Of a stretch of 64,000 nucleotides of DNA, positions 22,611-32,093 are shown piece after piece. The notes under the pieces were generated by a model that saw nothing but the letters and a program-made list of their open reading frames with translations, made no database searches and was not told the DNA's origin. The translations under genes and the position numbers were made by a program. How positions within the stretch are numbered: the stretch's first letter is position 1; each line of letters opens with the position of its first letter. The DNA lies in assembly GCA_963695345.1 (NCBI GenBank), contig OY968769.1, positions 896,001-960,000 of the forward strand. Reading direction: 5' to 3'. This stretch comes from an uncultured Methanomassiliicoccales archaeon. Lineage in GTDB: Archaea; Thermoplasmatota; Thermoplasmata; Methanomassiliicoccales; UBA472.

Positions 22611-22878
22611 GGCAGGAGACATTCCTTCCGATAAGGTCAAGCATCGACGATGGGCTCGCCGCCTTCCAAGCGAATGGTGACTCGTGAAGTCACGGGACCT
22701 GTCATTGTCACCACTGTTCCCGATTTCCGAAGGCCCTTCAGTTCTAAAGTAGTGTTTCTCCGATGCGTGGTTGGTCCTCCCAGGCGCTAGCGGTTATCGA
22801 CTGCGTCGGTGGCAGTGGACCGATTAAGGGAAATGTAATAAACGGAGTCCGCATTGGCAGGCATCGTCGGAGCATAAC

Positions 22879-23838
22879 ATGGCAAGCCTTCATGTCAAAC
22901 TATTGGCGGTCGGATTGGTCGCTATACTCATCGTCGCCTCTGTCTACATCGTCGTGTCTCCCAAGGAACAGAGTGCTGACAAGATCCGGATCGGGGTCCT
23001 CCCGGTCATCGATACACTACCTCTGTATGCAGCCCTGGAAAGGGGATCGTTCCAACAGGCCGGACTGAATGTCGAGCTGGTCCAGTTCGGGAGCGCACTG
23101 GAAAGGGATTCGGCCATGGTGGCTGGCTCGATAGACGGCTATTTCGGAGACATGGTGAACACGATCCTCCTGAAATCATCCGGTCAGGACGTGAAGGTTA
23201 TGACCATCGATTACCACACGAACCCCCAGGCTCGCATGTTCGGTCTGCTCGCTTCCCCTGCCAACAACGTTTCAGATATCAATTCCACGATCGGAATGTC
23301 GGTGGCCACCTCCTCAGCGACGGTCACCGAGTACGTTCTCGACAATATCCTGGCGGAGAACAATATGACCGGAAAGATCAGCAAGACGGAGGTCAAGGCG
23401 ATCCCGATCCGTTACCAGTCATTGATGCAGAACAACGTCCAACTCGCGATATTGCCCGAACCCTATGCCACCCAGGCGATCCAGGGAGGGGCCCACTTGG
23501 TGGCGGACGACAGGACGATCAATATCACAGCCACCGTGATCGGCATGAAGGCAGGATTCATAACCAGCCACATCGATGATCTGAAGAAGCTGCTCAAGGC
23601 GTACAACGACACCGTCCAAGCGATAAACCAAGACCCGACCCAATACTATGATGTCTTGGAAAAGGACATCGGATTCCCGAAGGCGCTGGAAGGCAACTTC
23701 ACCTTCCCAGTCCTGAGCAGCACCTCGCTCCCGTCACCGCAAGAATTCCAGAAGGTGCTGGATTGGATGACCGCAAAGGGAATCGTCCAAAGTCCGGTCG
23801 CGTATGATGCCATAGTCGCCGAAGAGCTATACCCGTGA
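22879..23838 (+). CDS. ABC transporter substrate-binding protein, NitT/TauT (SsuA/NMT1-like) family, N-terminally anchored
   Basis: TM anchor then IRIGVLPVIDTLPLYAALERG...GLNVELVQF...AGSIDG and LPEPYAT. Confidence 0.87.
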   Translation: MASLHVKLLAVGLVAILIVASVYIVVSPKEQSADKIRIGVLPVIDTLPLYAALERGSFQQAGLNVELVQFGSALERDSAMVAGSIDGYFGDMVNTILLKSSGQDVKVMTIDYHTNPQARMFGLLASPANNVSDINSTIGMSVATSSATVTEYVLDNILAENNMTGKISKTEVKAIPIRYQSLMQNNVQLAILPEPYATQAIQGGAHLVADDRTINITATVIGMKAGFITSHIDDLKKLLKAYNDTVQAINQDPTQYYDVLEKDIGFPKALEGNFTFPVLSSTSLPSPQEFQKVLDWMTAKGIVQSPVAYDAIVAEELYP

Positions 23839-23842
23839 GCGC

Positions 23843-24577
23843 ATGATAAACGTCGAGCATCTGTCCAAGTCATATGAAGGAGGTTTCCAGGTCATCGATG
23901 ACCTGAACTTCGCAGTGGAAAAGGGCAGGTCCTTGGCGATAATCGGGCCTTCTGGGTGTGGCAAGACCACCCTCCTCTATATCCTGGCGGGGCTCACCCG
24001 GAGGTCTGCCGGCACAGTTACCGTGGAGGGAAGGTCGGTGGACGGTCCCTCGACGGAGGTCTCGTTCATCCTCCAGGATTTCGGCCTCCTGCCTTGGAAG
24101 ACGGTCCTTGAGAATGTCTGTCTGGGCATGAAGCTTCGCGGTACTCCGCCGGAAGATCGGGAGAAAAAGGCTGACGTACTGCTAGAGGAACTTGGCCTGA
24201 AGTTGCACCAGGACCACTATCCGGCTAGGCTGAGCGGAGGAGAGCGGCAAAGGGTTGCGATCGGCCGGGCACTTGCCACGGAACCGAAACTGCTCCTGAT
24301 GGATGAACCGTTCTCTTCGTTGGACACGCTGACCAGGGAGCGGATGCAGGAAATGCTCCTGGAGATAAGGAAGAGGAACGGACTGACGATGGTGGTGGTC
24401 ACCCACAGCATAGAGGAGGCGGCATTCCTGGGAGATTCCATCCTGGTCCTCGGCGGGCGCCCGTGCACCGTCCGGGCTATCCTGCAGAACCCGGGCGCTG
24501 GTACGCCAGGACACCGTGGCACTGATTCCTATTTCTCCACCTGCAAGGCCGTGAGGAAGGCGGTGGAGGGAATATGA
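23843..24577 (+). CDS. ABC transporter ATP-binding protein (SsuB/TauB-like)
   Basis: GPSGCGKTT, LLPWKTV, LSGGERQRV, LLMDEPFSSLD and VTHS. Confidence 0.95.
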   Translation: MINVEHLSKSYEGGFQVIDDLNFAVEKGRSLAIIGPSGCGKTTLLYILAGLTRRSAGTVTVEGRSVDGPSTEVSFILQDFGLLPWKTVLENVCLGMKLRGTPPEDREKKADVLLEELGLKLHQDHYPARLSGGERQRVAIGRALATEPKLLLMDEPFSSLDTLTRERMQEMLLEIRKRNGLTMVVVTHSIEEAAFLGDSILVLGGRPCTVRAILQNPGAGTPGHRGTDSYFSTCKAVRKAVEGI

Positions 24578-26208
24578 ACAAGCAAAGGGCGTTCGGCTAC
24601 CTACTATCGTTGGCAGTTGGCCTGATGGCCTGGAAACTGGCATCGCTCCTGGTCTCATCGCCGATACTCCCCAGCCCCGAGACCACCTTCCAGGCATTCA
24701 TAGACACCGCTCAGACCGCTCTGTTCTGGTCCAATTTCGGTATCAGTGCCTATCGGGTCATCGTCGCCATCGCCCTCGCCTGGTGCTTGGCATTTCCCCT
24801 GGGCATCTTCATCGGCTATAGCCAGAAGATGGACCGCTACTTCAGTCCGCTGATCTTCCTGACCTACCCGATCCCCAAGATGGTGTTCCTGCCGGTTCTA
24901 TTCGTGTTCTTCGGCATTGGCGATACCACCAAGATACTCCTGATCACGCTCATCGTTTTCTTCCAGATACTGGTGGCGACAAAGGAAGGTGTGAGCGCCA
25001 TCGACCGCAAGTATATCGATTCGATGCGGTCCATGAACGCCACGAACAAGGACATCTTGAAAGAGGCGATCATACCGGCTGCGCTTCCGAGCAGCTTCAC
25101 CTCCCTCAGGATCGTCACCGGGACCGCCATCTCGGTGCTCTTTTTCGCCGAGGCCTTCGCGGGATCGACCGGACTGGGATACTTTATCTATAACGCATGG
25201 GGGCTCCTTCAGTATACCCAGATATTCGTGGGCATCATCGCCATGAGCATCCTGGGATTGGCTTTGTATGAGATCTTCACCTTCATGGAACGAAGACTTT
25301 GCAGGTGGAAGGAGGTCCCGGAGGGGACTGAGGACGTCACGGACGATCGGTCCGCACTGATGAAGATAACCGCCTATGCGCAGATGATCAAACTGAGCCA
25401 TAGCGTGTTCGCGGTACCCTTCGGATTGGCGGCATTGGTGCTGCTGGCCAAGGACAATGAAATCACCTTCGGGATGGTCTTCTGGATAGTCCTGGCGATC
25501 ATAGGGGCGAGGTCGGCGGCGATGGGCTTCAACCGGGTGGTGGATGCGAAAATTGACGCCAAGAACCCCCGGACCAATATGAGGCACATTCCGTCGGGGA
25601 CGCTCACGATGCGGGAGGGATCGTTCTTCGTCATGGTGTCTGCCGCGGTGTTCGTCATGTCCGCCGCCATGCTGTCTCCCTTATGCTTCTGGCTATCCTT
25701 CCCCGTGCTGGGAATAGTGATGGGATATTCATATGCCAAGCGGTTCACTGCCGCAAGCCACCTGATCCTGGGGATCTCCATCGGCCTGATGCCCCTGGGG
25801 GCCAGCGTGGCCGTGACCGGGACCATTCCCCTGGGGATACTCGTGCTCGGCCTGGCCCTGACCACATACATCGCCGGCTTCGACATACTCTACTCCTGTC
25901 TGGACATCGATTTCGATAAGAAAGAAGGCCTGTGGTCGTTGCCCTCCAGGCATGGCGTCATGAACGCCCTGGTGATCTCGTCGGCCCTCCACGTTGTCAG
26001 TCTGGCGGCCCTGGCGGCATTGTTCTGGATATATACTTTGGGAGCGGTCTTCCTGATCGGGGTAGCGGTGATCGGGGCGATGTTCGTATTGGAACATATG
26101 CTGGTCCGTCCGGCCGACCTGTCCAAGGTGAACGTGGCGTTCTTCAACGTCAACGCCGTGATATCGATCCTGGTGTTCGCATCCGTCCTGTTGGGAGTGT
26201 ACGCATGA
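24574..26208 (+). CDS. fusion of SsuC/TauC-like ABC permease (aa 1 to about 247) and UbiA/MqnP-like aromatic prenyltransferase (aa 263-544)
   Basis: Permease motifs ILPSP, PIPKMVFLP, IIPAALP and GLGYFI, then MIKLSHSVFAVPF, ARSAAMGFNRVVDAKIDAKNPRT, YSYAKRF and GFDILYSCLDIDFD in one reading frame. Confidence 0.85.
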   Translation: MNKQRAFGYLLSLAVGLMAWKLASLLVSSPILPSPETTFQAFIDTAQTALFWSNFGISAYRVIVAIALAWCLAFPLGIFIGYSQKMDRYFSPLIFLTYPIPKMVFLPVLFVFFGIGDTTKILLITLIVFFQILVATKEGVSAIDRKYIDSMRSMNATNKDILKEAIIPAALPSSFTSLRIVTGTAISVLFFAEAFAGSTGLGYFIYNAWGLLQYTQIFVGIIAMSILGLALYEIFTFMERRLCRWKEVPEGTEDVTDDRSALMKITAYAQMIKLSHSVFAVPFGLAALVLLAKDNEITFGMVFWIVLAIIGARSAAMGFNRVVDAKIDAKNPRTNMRHIPSGTLTMREGSFFVMVSAAVFVMSAAMLSPLCFWLSFPVLGIVMGYSYAKRFTAASHLILGISIGLMPLGASVAVTGTIPLGILVLGLALTTYIAGFDILYSCLDIDFDKKEGLWSLPSRHGVMNALVISSALHVVSLAALAALFWIYTLGAVFLIGVAVIGAMFVLEHMLVRPADLSKVNVAFFNVNAVISILVFASVLLGVYA

Positions 26209-26241
26209 TCATGACCGCTCGGAAGCCGCCGTCACAGGGAT

Positions 26242-26961
26242 GTGAATGACTTGGAACTGGACAAGAACCCGCAAAGGATCGAAGGACTGTTCGACGACAT
26301 CACCCCCACGTATGATCGCCTGAACCATCTGATGTCCATGTCCATCGACCGGATATGGAGGGGACAGGCGCTGGACTGCCTCGGGCTCAAGGATGGCGAT
26401 CTCGTCCTGGACATTGCCACCGGAACGGGAGACATGGCGATACAGGCCCTCACCCGGGCGGACTGTTCCCTGGTGGGCATCGACCTCTCCCGGAACATGC
26501 TCGATATTGCGGTCAAGAAATGGCAGAAGAAAGTTCCTGGATCGGCATTCCCAGCCGTCCAGGGCAATGCACTATCGATGCCGTTCAAGGAAGGGACGTT
26601 CGACAAGGCCATGGTCGCTTTCGGCATCAGGAACGTTCCGGATGTCGGGGCTTTCTTGACAGACGTGCACCGGGTGTTGAGACCGGGTGGCCGTTTCGTG
26701 GTGCTCGAGCTGTCCGTGCCAGTTTGCCGGATAACCCGGCCGCTGTTCCTTGTCTATCTGACGCAGATACTGCCGCTCATTGGAAGCATGCAATCCGGAG
26801 ACCTGCCCGCCTACCGCTACCTGAGCGATTCCATACTTGCCTTCCCTACGCCGGATGAGCTGGAGAAAACGATGGTCTCCAAGGGGTTCAAGGTCGTCCG
26901 CTCAATATCACAGACCCAGGGCATCTGCCACCTGTATGTGCTGGAGAAGGAGGGCCAATAA
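26242..26961 (+). CDS. menG: UbiE/MenG-family demethylmenaquinone C-methyltransferase
   Basis: FDDITPTYDRLNHLMS, VLDIATGTGD, FGIRNV, RVLRPGG and AYRYLSDSI. Confidence 0.9.
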   Translation: MNDLELDKNPQRIEGLFDDITPTYDRLNHLMSMSIDRIWRGQALDCLGLKDGDLVLDIATGTGDMAIQALTRADCSLVGIDLSRNMLDIAVKKWQKKVPGSAFPAVQGNALSMPFKEGTFDKAMVAFGIRNVPDVGAFLTDVHRVLRPGGRFVVLELSVPVCRITRPLFLVYLTQILPLIGSMQSGDLPAYRYLSDSILAFPTPDELEKTMVSKGFKVVRSISQTQGICHLYVLEKEGQ

Positions 26962-28769
26962 TGCACTATCGCAACCTGACCGAATTCATTTCCCGCCTGG
27001 AGAGGGAAGGGGAACTGCTCCGTGTGAAGGCCGAGGTGTCGCCTCATCTGGAGATAACGGAAGTTACGGACCTCATGTCCAAGAACCCGAACGGAGGCAA
27101 GGCATTGCTTTTCGAAAAGGTGACTGGCTCGTCGTTCCCGGTGCTAACCAACGCCTTCGGGTCGGAACGGCGGATGGCCATGGCGCTGGGCTGCGATACC
27201 TTGGACGATCTCGAGATGAAGATCGGAGGCCTGCTCGACACCAAGCCGCCTGAGGGATTGGTAGGGAAGCTGGGAATGTTGCCTGAGCTGCTGTCCCTTT
27301 CAAAGGCGTTCCCACGGACCAAGAGGAGCGGCCGAGCCCCCTGCCAGGAGGTTGTGGTCACGGGCGATGCCGTAGACCTTAGCGTGATACCGGTCCTTCA
27401 TTGTTGGCCCAAAGATGGGGGCCGATTCATCACTCTGCCGGTGGTGTTCACCAAAGACGTCGAGGGACATTCGAGGAATGCCGGAATGTACCGCATGCAG
27501 ATATTCGACAAGAACACGACCGGCATGCACTGGCACATCCACAAGGATGGCCGCCACAACTTCAACGGCTACAAGAGGCTGGGGAAGAGGATGCCGGTGG
27601 CGGTGGCCATAGGAACTGACCCATCGATCACCTACGCCGCCACCGCGCCGATGCCGCAGGGGATCGACGAGATGATCCTGGCCGGGTTCATCCGCGGTTC
27701 GCCCGTGGAAATGGTCAAGTGCAAGACGATCGACATGGAAGTCCCAGCGGAATCGGAGTTCGTCCTGGAGGGGTACATCGACCCGGAGGAGAAGCGTGTC
27801 GAAGGACCGTTCGGTGACCACACCGGATACTATTCGCTCCAGGGGGAGTATCCGGTCTTCCATGTCACGGCAATGACCCATCGCCGGAACGCTGTTTACA
27901 GCGCCACGGTAGTGGGGAGGCCTCCGATGGAGGACTGTTATATGGCAAAGGCCACAGAACGTGTGTTCCTACCCCCCCTGAAGAAGATCCTGCCGGAGAT
28001 CCTCGACTACTGGATGCCTTGGGAGGGCGTCTTTCATAACATCGTCGTGGTGGCCATTCAGAAGGAGTACCCCATGCAGGCCCGCAAGGTCATGAGCGCG
28101 TTGTGGGGCAACAACCAGATGAGCTTTGCCAAGATGATCGTGGTGATCGACGATCCAACGCTTCTCCGCAACCCCGCCCAACTCCTGGAACGGATCCAGA
28201 ATAACCTGGACCCAGCCCATGACCTGGTCCTGACCGAGGGAGTCCTGGACGTGCTGGACCATTCTGCCCCCGATGCGTTGTTCGGAGGTAAACTGGGCAT
28301 TGACGCCACGGAGAGGGTGGAAGGTGAGCCCTCCAGGTCGTCTCGGCATGAAGGCCGTCTGACCGATGAGGACATTCGGGCCACGATAAGAGGACTGAAT
28401 ATCCCGGCAGCGTCAAGGTCGGTCGGCCTGAATTCCAGGAACCCGTTGGTGCTGATCGGGGTCAGAAAGGAAGGGGGAAGCTCGAAGCACGTAAAGGAGA
28501 AGTTCAGGCCGATGGCGTCGAGTCTAGGATGCACAATAGTGCTGTACGACGACATCGACCTCAATGACGATTCGCTGGTGCTCTGGAAGGTCTTCAACAA
28601 TGTAGATCCCCGCAGGGACATCGAGCTGGATGGTGACGGGGCGATCGTCGACGCCACCAAGAAGGGACCGGCCGATGGATATAAACGGGAGTGGCCCGAC
28701 GAGATCGAGATGTCAGAGGACGTCAAGGATAGGATACAGCAGAGAAGGAAAGAGTTAGGCCTGGGATGA
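26961..28769 (+). CDS. UbiD-family menaquinone biosynthesis decarboxylase (MqnL-like, long form)
   Basis: WPKDGGRFITLP, RNAGMYRMQ, MHWHIHKDG, EGPFGDHTGYY, VGRPPMED, LDVLDHS, GGKLGIDAT; second C-terminal repeat NNVDPRRD...DATKK. Confidence 0.92.
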   Translation: MHYRNLTEFISRLEREGELLRVKAEVSPHLEITEVTDLMSKNPNGGKALLFEKVTGSSFPVLTNAFGSERRMAMALGCDTLDDLEMKIGGLLDTKPPEGLVGKLGMLPELLSLSKAFPRTKRSGRAPCQEVVVTGDAVDLSVIPVLHCWPKDGGRFITLPVVFTKDVEGHSRNAGMYRMQIFDKNTTGMHWHIHKDGRHNFNGYKRLGKRMPVAVAIGTDPSITYAATAPMPQGIDEMILAGFIRGSPVEMVKCKTIDMEVPAESEFVLEGYIDPEEKRVEGPFGDHTGYYSLQGEYPVFHVTAMTHRRNAVYSATVVGRPPMEDCYMAKATERVFLPPLKKILPEILDYWMPWEGVFHNIVVVAIQKEYPMQARKVMSALWGNNQMSFAKMIVVIDDPTLLRNPAQLLERIQNNLDPAHDLVLTEGVLDVLDHSAPDALFGGKLGIDATERVEGEPSRSSRHEGRLTDEDIRATIRGLNIPAASRSVGLNSRNPLVLIGVRKEGGSSKHVKEKFRPMASSLGCTIVLYDDIDLNDDSLVLWKVFNNVDPRRDIELDGDGAIVDATKKGPADGYKREWPDEIEMSEDVKDRIQQRRKELGLG

Positions 28770-29118
28770 GCCTGCGGCCAATGGTGGCCCAATGGACGGC
28801 CCCTTCTCCTGCCTCGGATCGAGGATCAGAAACCATGTCGTGGATGGCTCTACACTGATCTAGATCGATGCCGCCCTGCTTCTTCTTGCACATGGACGAT
28901 TCATCACGTTGAGGGAACCATTGGCTGACCGGTTTGGACGAGCCAGCAAACGATGGACAGGATATGTTTTGTAAGAAGAGGGCCGATGACCAGCCGTTTC
29001 CTTCCCCTGTTTCTCAACTTCTATCTCCCATTGGGGAGCTGCGTCCGCCCGTTCCATTGCAAACCAATAAATGGCATGGGAAGTGTAGAATTCCTACCTG
29101 TTAAGGAAATTCGGTGGA

Positions 29119-31062
29119 ATGAACATGGACAACGATCTGCCTGATATCGAATCAGTTGAGTGCCTCAGGGTCCCGATCAAGAAGTTCAAGCCCGATGAGA
29201 TCGAGGAAAAGGTCAAGGAACGGGCATTGGACAAATCGACCCAAGATGTCCTGAGAAAGACGATGAAGGAGGGTACCGATACCGTCTGGGACCGGTTCGA
29301 AAGACAGCAACCCCAATGCAAGTTCTGCACCGAAGGGATATCCTGCCAGCGATGTGCCATGGGACCGTGCCGTCTGATGGGCGGCGACCGCACCAGGGGA
29401 GTATGCGGCGCCGATGCCGACCTGATGGTGGCCAGGAACCTTCTGGACACCATGGCGACGGGCGCCGCCTCCCATTCGGACCATGGAAGGGAAGTGGTGG
29501 AGACACTGCTGAAGACCGCCCGGGGCAAAGCACCCGGTTATGCCGTCAAGGATGAGGAGAAGCTGCAAGCATTGTCCACGGAATATGGTCTGCCCGACTC
29601 TGACCCCATCAATGTAAAGGCAGAGAAGCTGGCATTGGCCATGCTGGAGGAGTTCGGGACCATTAAGGGAGAGATGCAGATGCCCAACCGGGCACCTCAG
29701 GCCTGCATCGACCTCTGGAGGGCGGCAGGCATCCTGCCCCGCAGCATAGACCGCGAGGTGGTCGAGGCCATGCACCGGGTCCATATGGGCGTCGGGGCGG
29801 ACTATTCCGGCTTCCTTCTGCAAGGGATGAGGGCTTCGATGGCCGACGGCTGGGGCGGTTCCATGATGGGTACGGAGATATCGGACGTCCTTTTCGGAAC
29901 ACCGACCATAAAGAGCTCGAAGGTCAACCTGGGCGTGCTCAAACACGACCAGGTGAACATATCCCTGCATGGCCACAATCCGATCCTATCGGAAATGATC
30001 GTCAAGGTGGCCAGCATGCCGGAGATGATCGCCCGCGCGAAAGCAGTGGGTGCGAACGGCATCAATCTGGTGGGGCTGTGCTGCACCGGCAACGAACTCC
30101 TGATGCGAAAAGGCATACCCCAGGCCGGTAACCATCTGGACCAGGAAATGGTCATCACCACCGGTGCGCTCGAGGCCATGGTCGTCGACTACCAGTGCAT
30201 CTTCCCCACCCTGGCGAACACCTCCTCCTGCTACCATACGATGCTGTTCACCACCTCTCCCAAGGCGGTCATTCAGGGCAGCTATTTCGTCGAGATAACT
30301 CCGGAGAACGCTTTCGAGCAATCGAAGAAGATAGTCGCCGCCGCCATCGACAACTATCCCAACCGGGTGAAGGAAAGGGTGCTGATACCGGACGCGCCGG
30401 TCGACGCGATGGTGGGGTTCTCGGTCGAGTCCATAAGGAAGGCCTTGGGAGGTAGTCTGAAGCCCTTGCTGGATGCCGTCGTTTCGGGCAAGATCAGAGG
30501 ATGCGCCGGCATCGTTGGCTGCAATAACCCCCGGATCAAGCATGACTACGGCCATGTCACGCTGGCCAAGGAATTGATCAAACGGGACATACTATGTGTG
30601 GAGACAGGTTGCTCGTCCATCGCCTGCGCCAAGGCGGGACTGCTTCAGCCGAGGTCGATCGACCAGGCCGGAAAAGGATTGCAGGAAGTATGCGGTTCAT
30701 TGGGGATTCCGCCGGTCCTGCACATGGGATCCTGCGTCGACAACAGCCGGATCCTGGCACTGGTGGCGGAGTTGGCCAGAACGGCCGGAGTGCGTATCGA
30801 CCAGCTTCCGGTGGTGGGGGCGGCTCCAGAATGGTACTCTCCAAAGGCGGTTGCGATAGGGGCGTATTTCGTGGGCAGCGGAGTCAGCGTCTGTCTCGGG
30901 GTGATGCCCCATATCGGGGGAAGCCATAACGTGATCAAGACGCTGACGGAGGACCTGGACGGATTGGTCCATGCCAAGTTCTGGGTGGAGCCGAGCCCCC
31001 TGAACGCCGCGGCCTTGATGTCAGACCACATCGAGATGAAGAGGAAGGCCCTGGGAATGTGA
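29119..31062 (+). CDS. cooS: anaerobic Ni-dependent carbon monoxide dehydrogenase catalytic subunit
   Basis: CKFC...CQRCAMGPC...GVCGA; HSDHGRE; C-cluster ligands in HGHNP, GLCCTGNE, GCNN, TGCS and GSCVDN; WYSPKA. Confidence 0.93.
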   Translation: MNMDNDLPDIESVECLRVPIKKFKPDEIEEKVKERALDKSTQDVLRKTMKEGTDTVWDRFERQQPQCKFCTEGISCQRCAMGPCRLMGGDRTRGVCGADADLMVARNLLDTMATGAASHSDHGREVVETLLKTARGKAPGYAVKDEEKLQALSTEYGLPDSDPINVKAEKLALAMLEEFGTIKGEMQMPNRAPQACIDLWRAAGILPRSIDREVVEAMHRVHMGVGADYSGFLLQGMRASMADGWGGSMMGTEISDVLFGTPTIKSSKVNLGVLKHDQVNISLHGHNPILSEMIVKVASMPEMIARAKAVGANGINLVGLCCTGNELLMRKGIPQAGNHLDQEMVITTGALEAMVVDYQCIFPTLANTSSCYHTMLFTTSPKAVIQGSYFVEITPENAFEQSKKIVAAAIDNYPNRVKERVLIPDAPVDAMVGFSVESIRKALGGSLKPLLDAVVSGKIRGCAGIVGCNNPRIKHDYGHVTLAKELIKRDILCVETGCSSIACAKAGLLQPRSIDQAGKGLQEVCGSLGIPPVLHMGSCVDNSRILALVAELARTAGVRIDQLPVVGAAPEWYSPKAVAIGAYFVGSGVSVCLGVMPHIGGSHNVIKTLTEDLDGLVHAKFWVEPSPLNAAALMSDHIEMKRKALGM

Positions 31063-31250
31063 AGGGGACCGGGGCGCACCCAAGGAGATTGAGGCCGCTC
31101 CCTGACTATTAGAGACGGAATGATTAGGGAAACCCATGGCGATTATTGACCGGCACGAGTTAACTATTGCTACGACCCAGATGTAAAATCGAGCAATTAT
31201 TGAGGGTTGTTTCGATAATGCTTTGAACAAATGACAACATACGATGTTAC

Positions 31251-31976
31251 ATGACCGATTATGCCGAGAGTTCGAGGAAGATGGTCGAAATTCTTGGATT
31301 GAAATATGAACCCGTAGCGGTAACACTGATCAGGAAGGGACAGCCGCTTCCGGAAGGCATCCCGGAACCGGAGAAGGCCGTTAGGCACTGCCAATCAGTC
31401 ATGAGGGCGAGAAAAGGAGAATGCCTGCTGGTCCCGGCAAGCAAGCATGCGTGTCCGGTAGGGGCATCGGCCCTGGGCCTTGTACCCGTCCCTGAAAAGG
31501 TCGCCTCGGGGCAATTCCATTTCGGGCTGGGAATGTACGAGAATGAAGCGGCGGCGAAGCACACCATGGATGTCAGGCCGACGTTCGATGAGAATAGCCT
31601 GGACGCAACCCTTGTGTGCCCGTTGAGCAAGGCCACAAGCCCTCCCGACGTCATAATAGTCACGGGCACCCCGGAACAGCTGTACTGGCTTATTCCCGCC
31701 GCCTCGACCTATGATAAAGGAGGAAGAATCACGATCGAAATGGCGTCATTCCAAGCCAGCTGCGTGGATTCCACCATACTTCCGTACAAGACCGGTGTCC
31801 CTCACCTATCTCTCGGCTGTTATGGATGCAGGAAGAGCACGGACATCGCTCCAGAAGAGATGTTATTGGGATTCAAGGCAGACACCCTCGAACGGACCGT
31901 GGAAATATTGGAGAAATTGAAGGAAAAGGCGATCCCTTCCTGTCGGGATAGACCGGCGGCCCATCCAGCCAAATAA
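31251..31976 (+). CDS. DUF169 family protein
   Basis: LGLKYEPVAV, HCQ, ACPVGASALG, PDVIIV, ASC and SLGCYGCR pattern. Confidence 0.85.
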   Translation: MTDYAESSRKMVEILGLKYEPVAVTLIRKGQPLPEGIPEPEKAVRHCQSVMRARKGECLLVPASKHACPVGASALGLVPVPEKVASGQFHFGLGMYENEAAAKHTMDVRPTFDENSLDATLVCPLSKATSPPDVIIVTGTPEQLYWLIPAASTYDKGGRITIEMASFQASCVDSTILPYKTGVPHLSLGCYGCRKSTDIAPEEMLLGFKADTLERTVEILEKLKEKAIPSCRDRPAAHPAK

Positions 31977-32093
31977 GGACTCTGGCAATCCAATCCCGTC
32001 TGAACGGCATTCGATCCGACGAAGGGTATGGCGTTGCTGAACGCGACGAAAACTCTGCCGTCACGCCCTTCGGGGCGAACACCGACCATCTCA

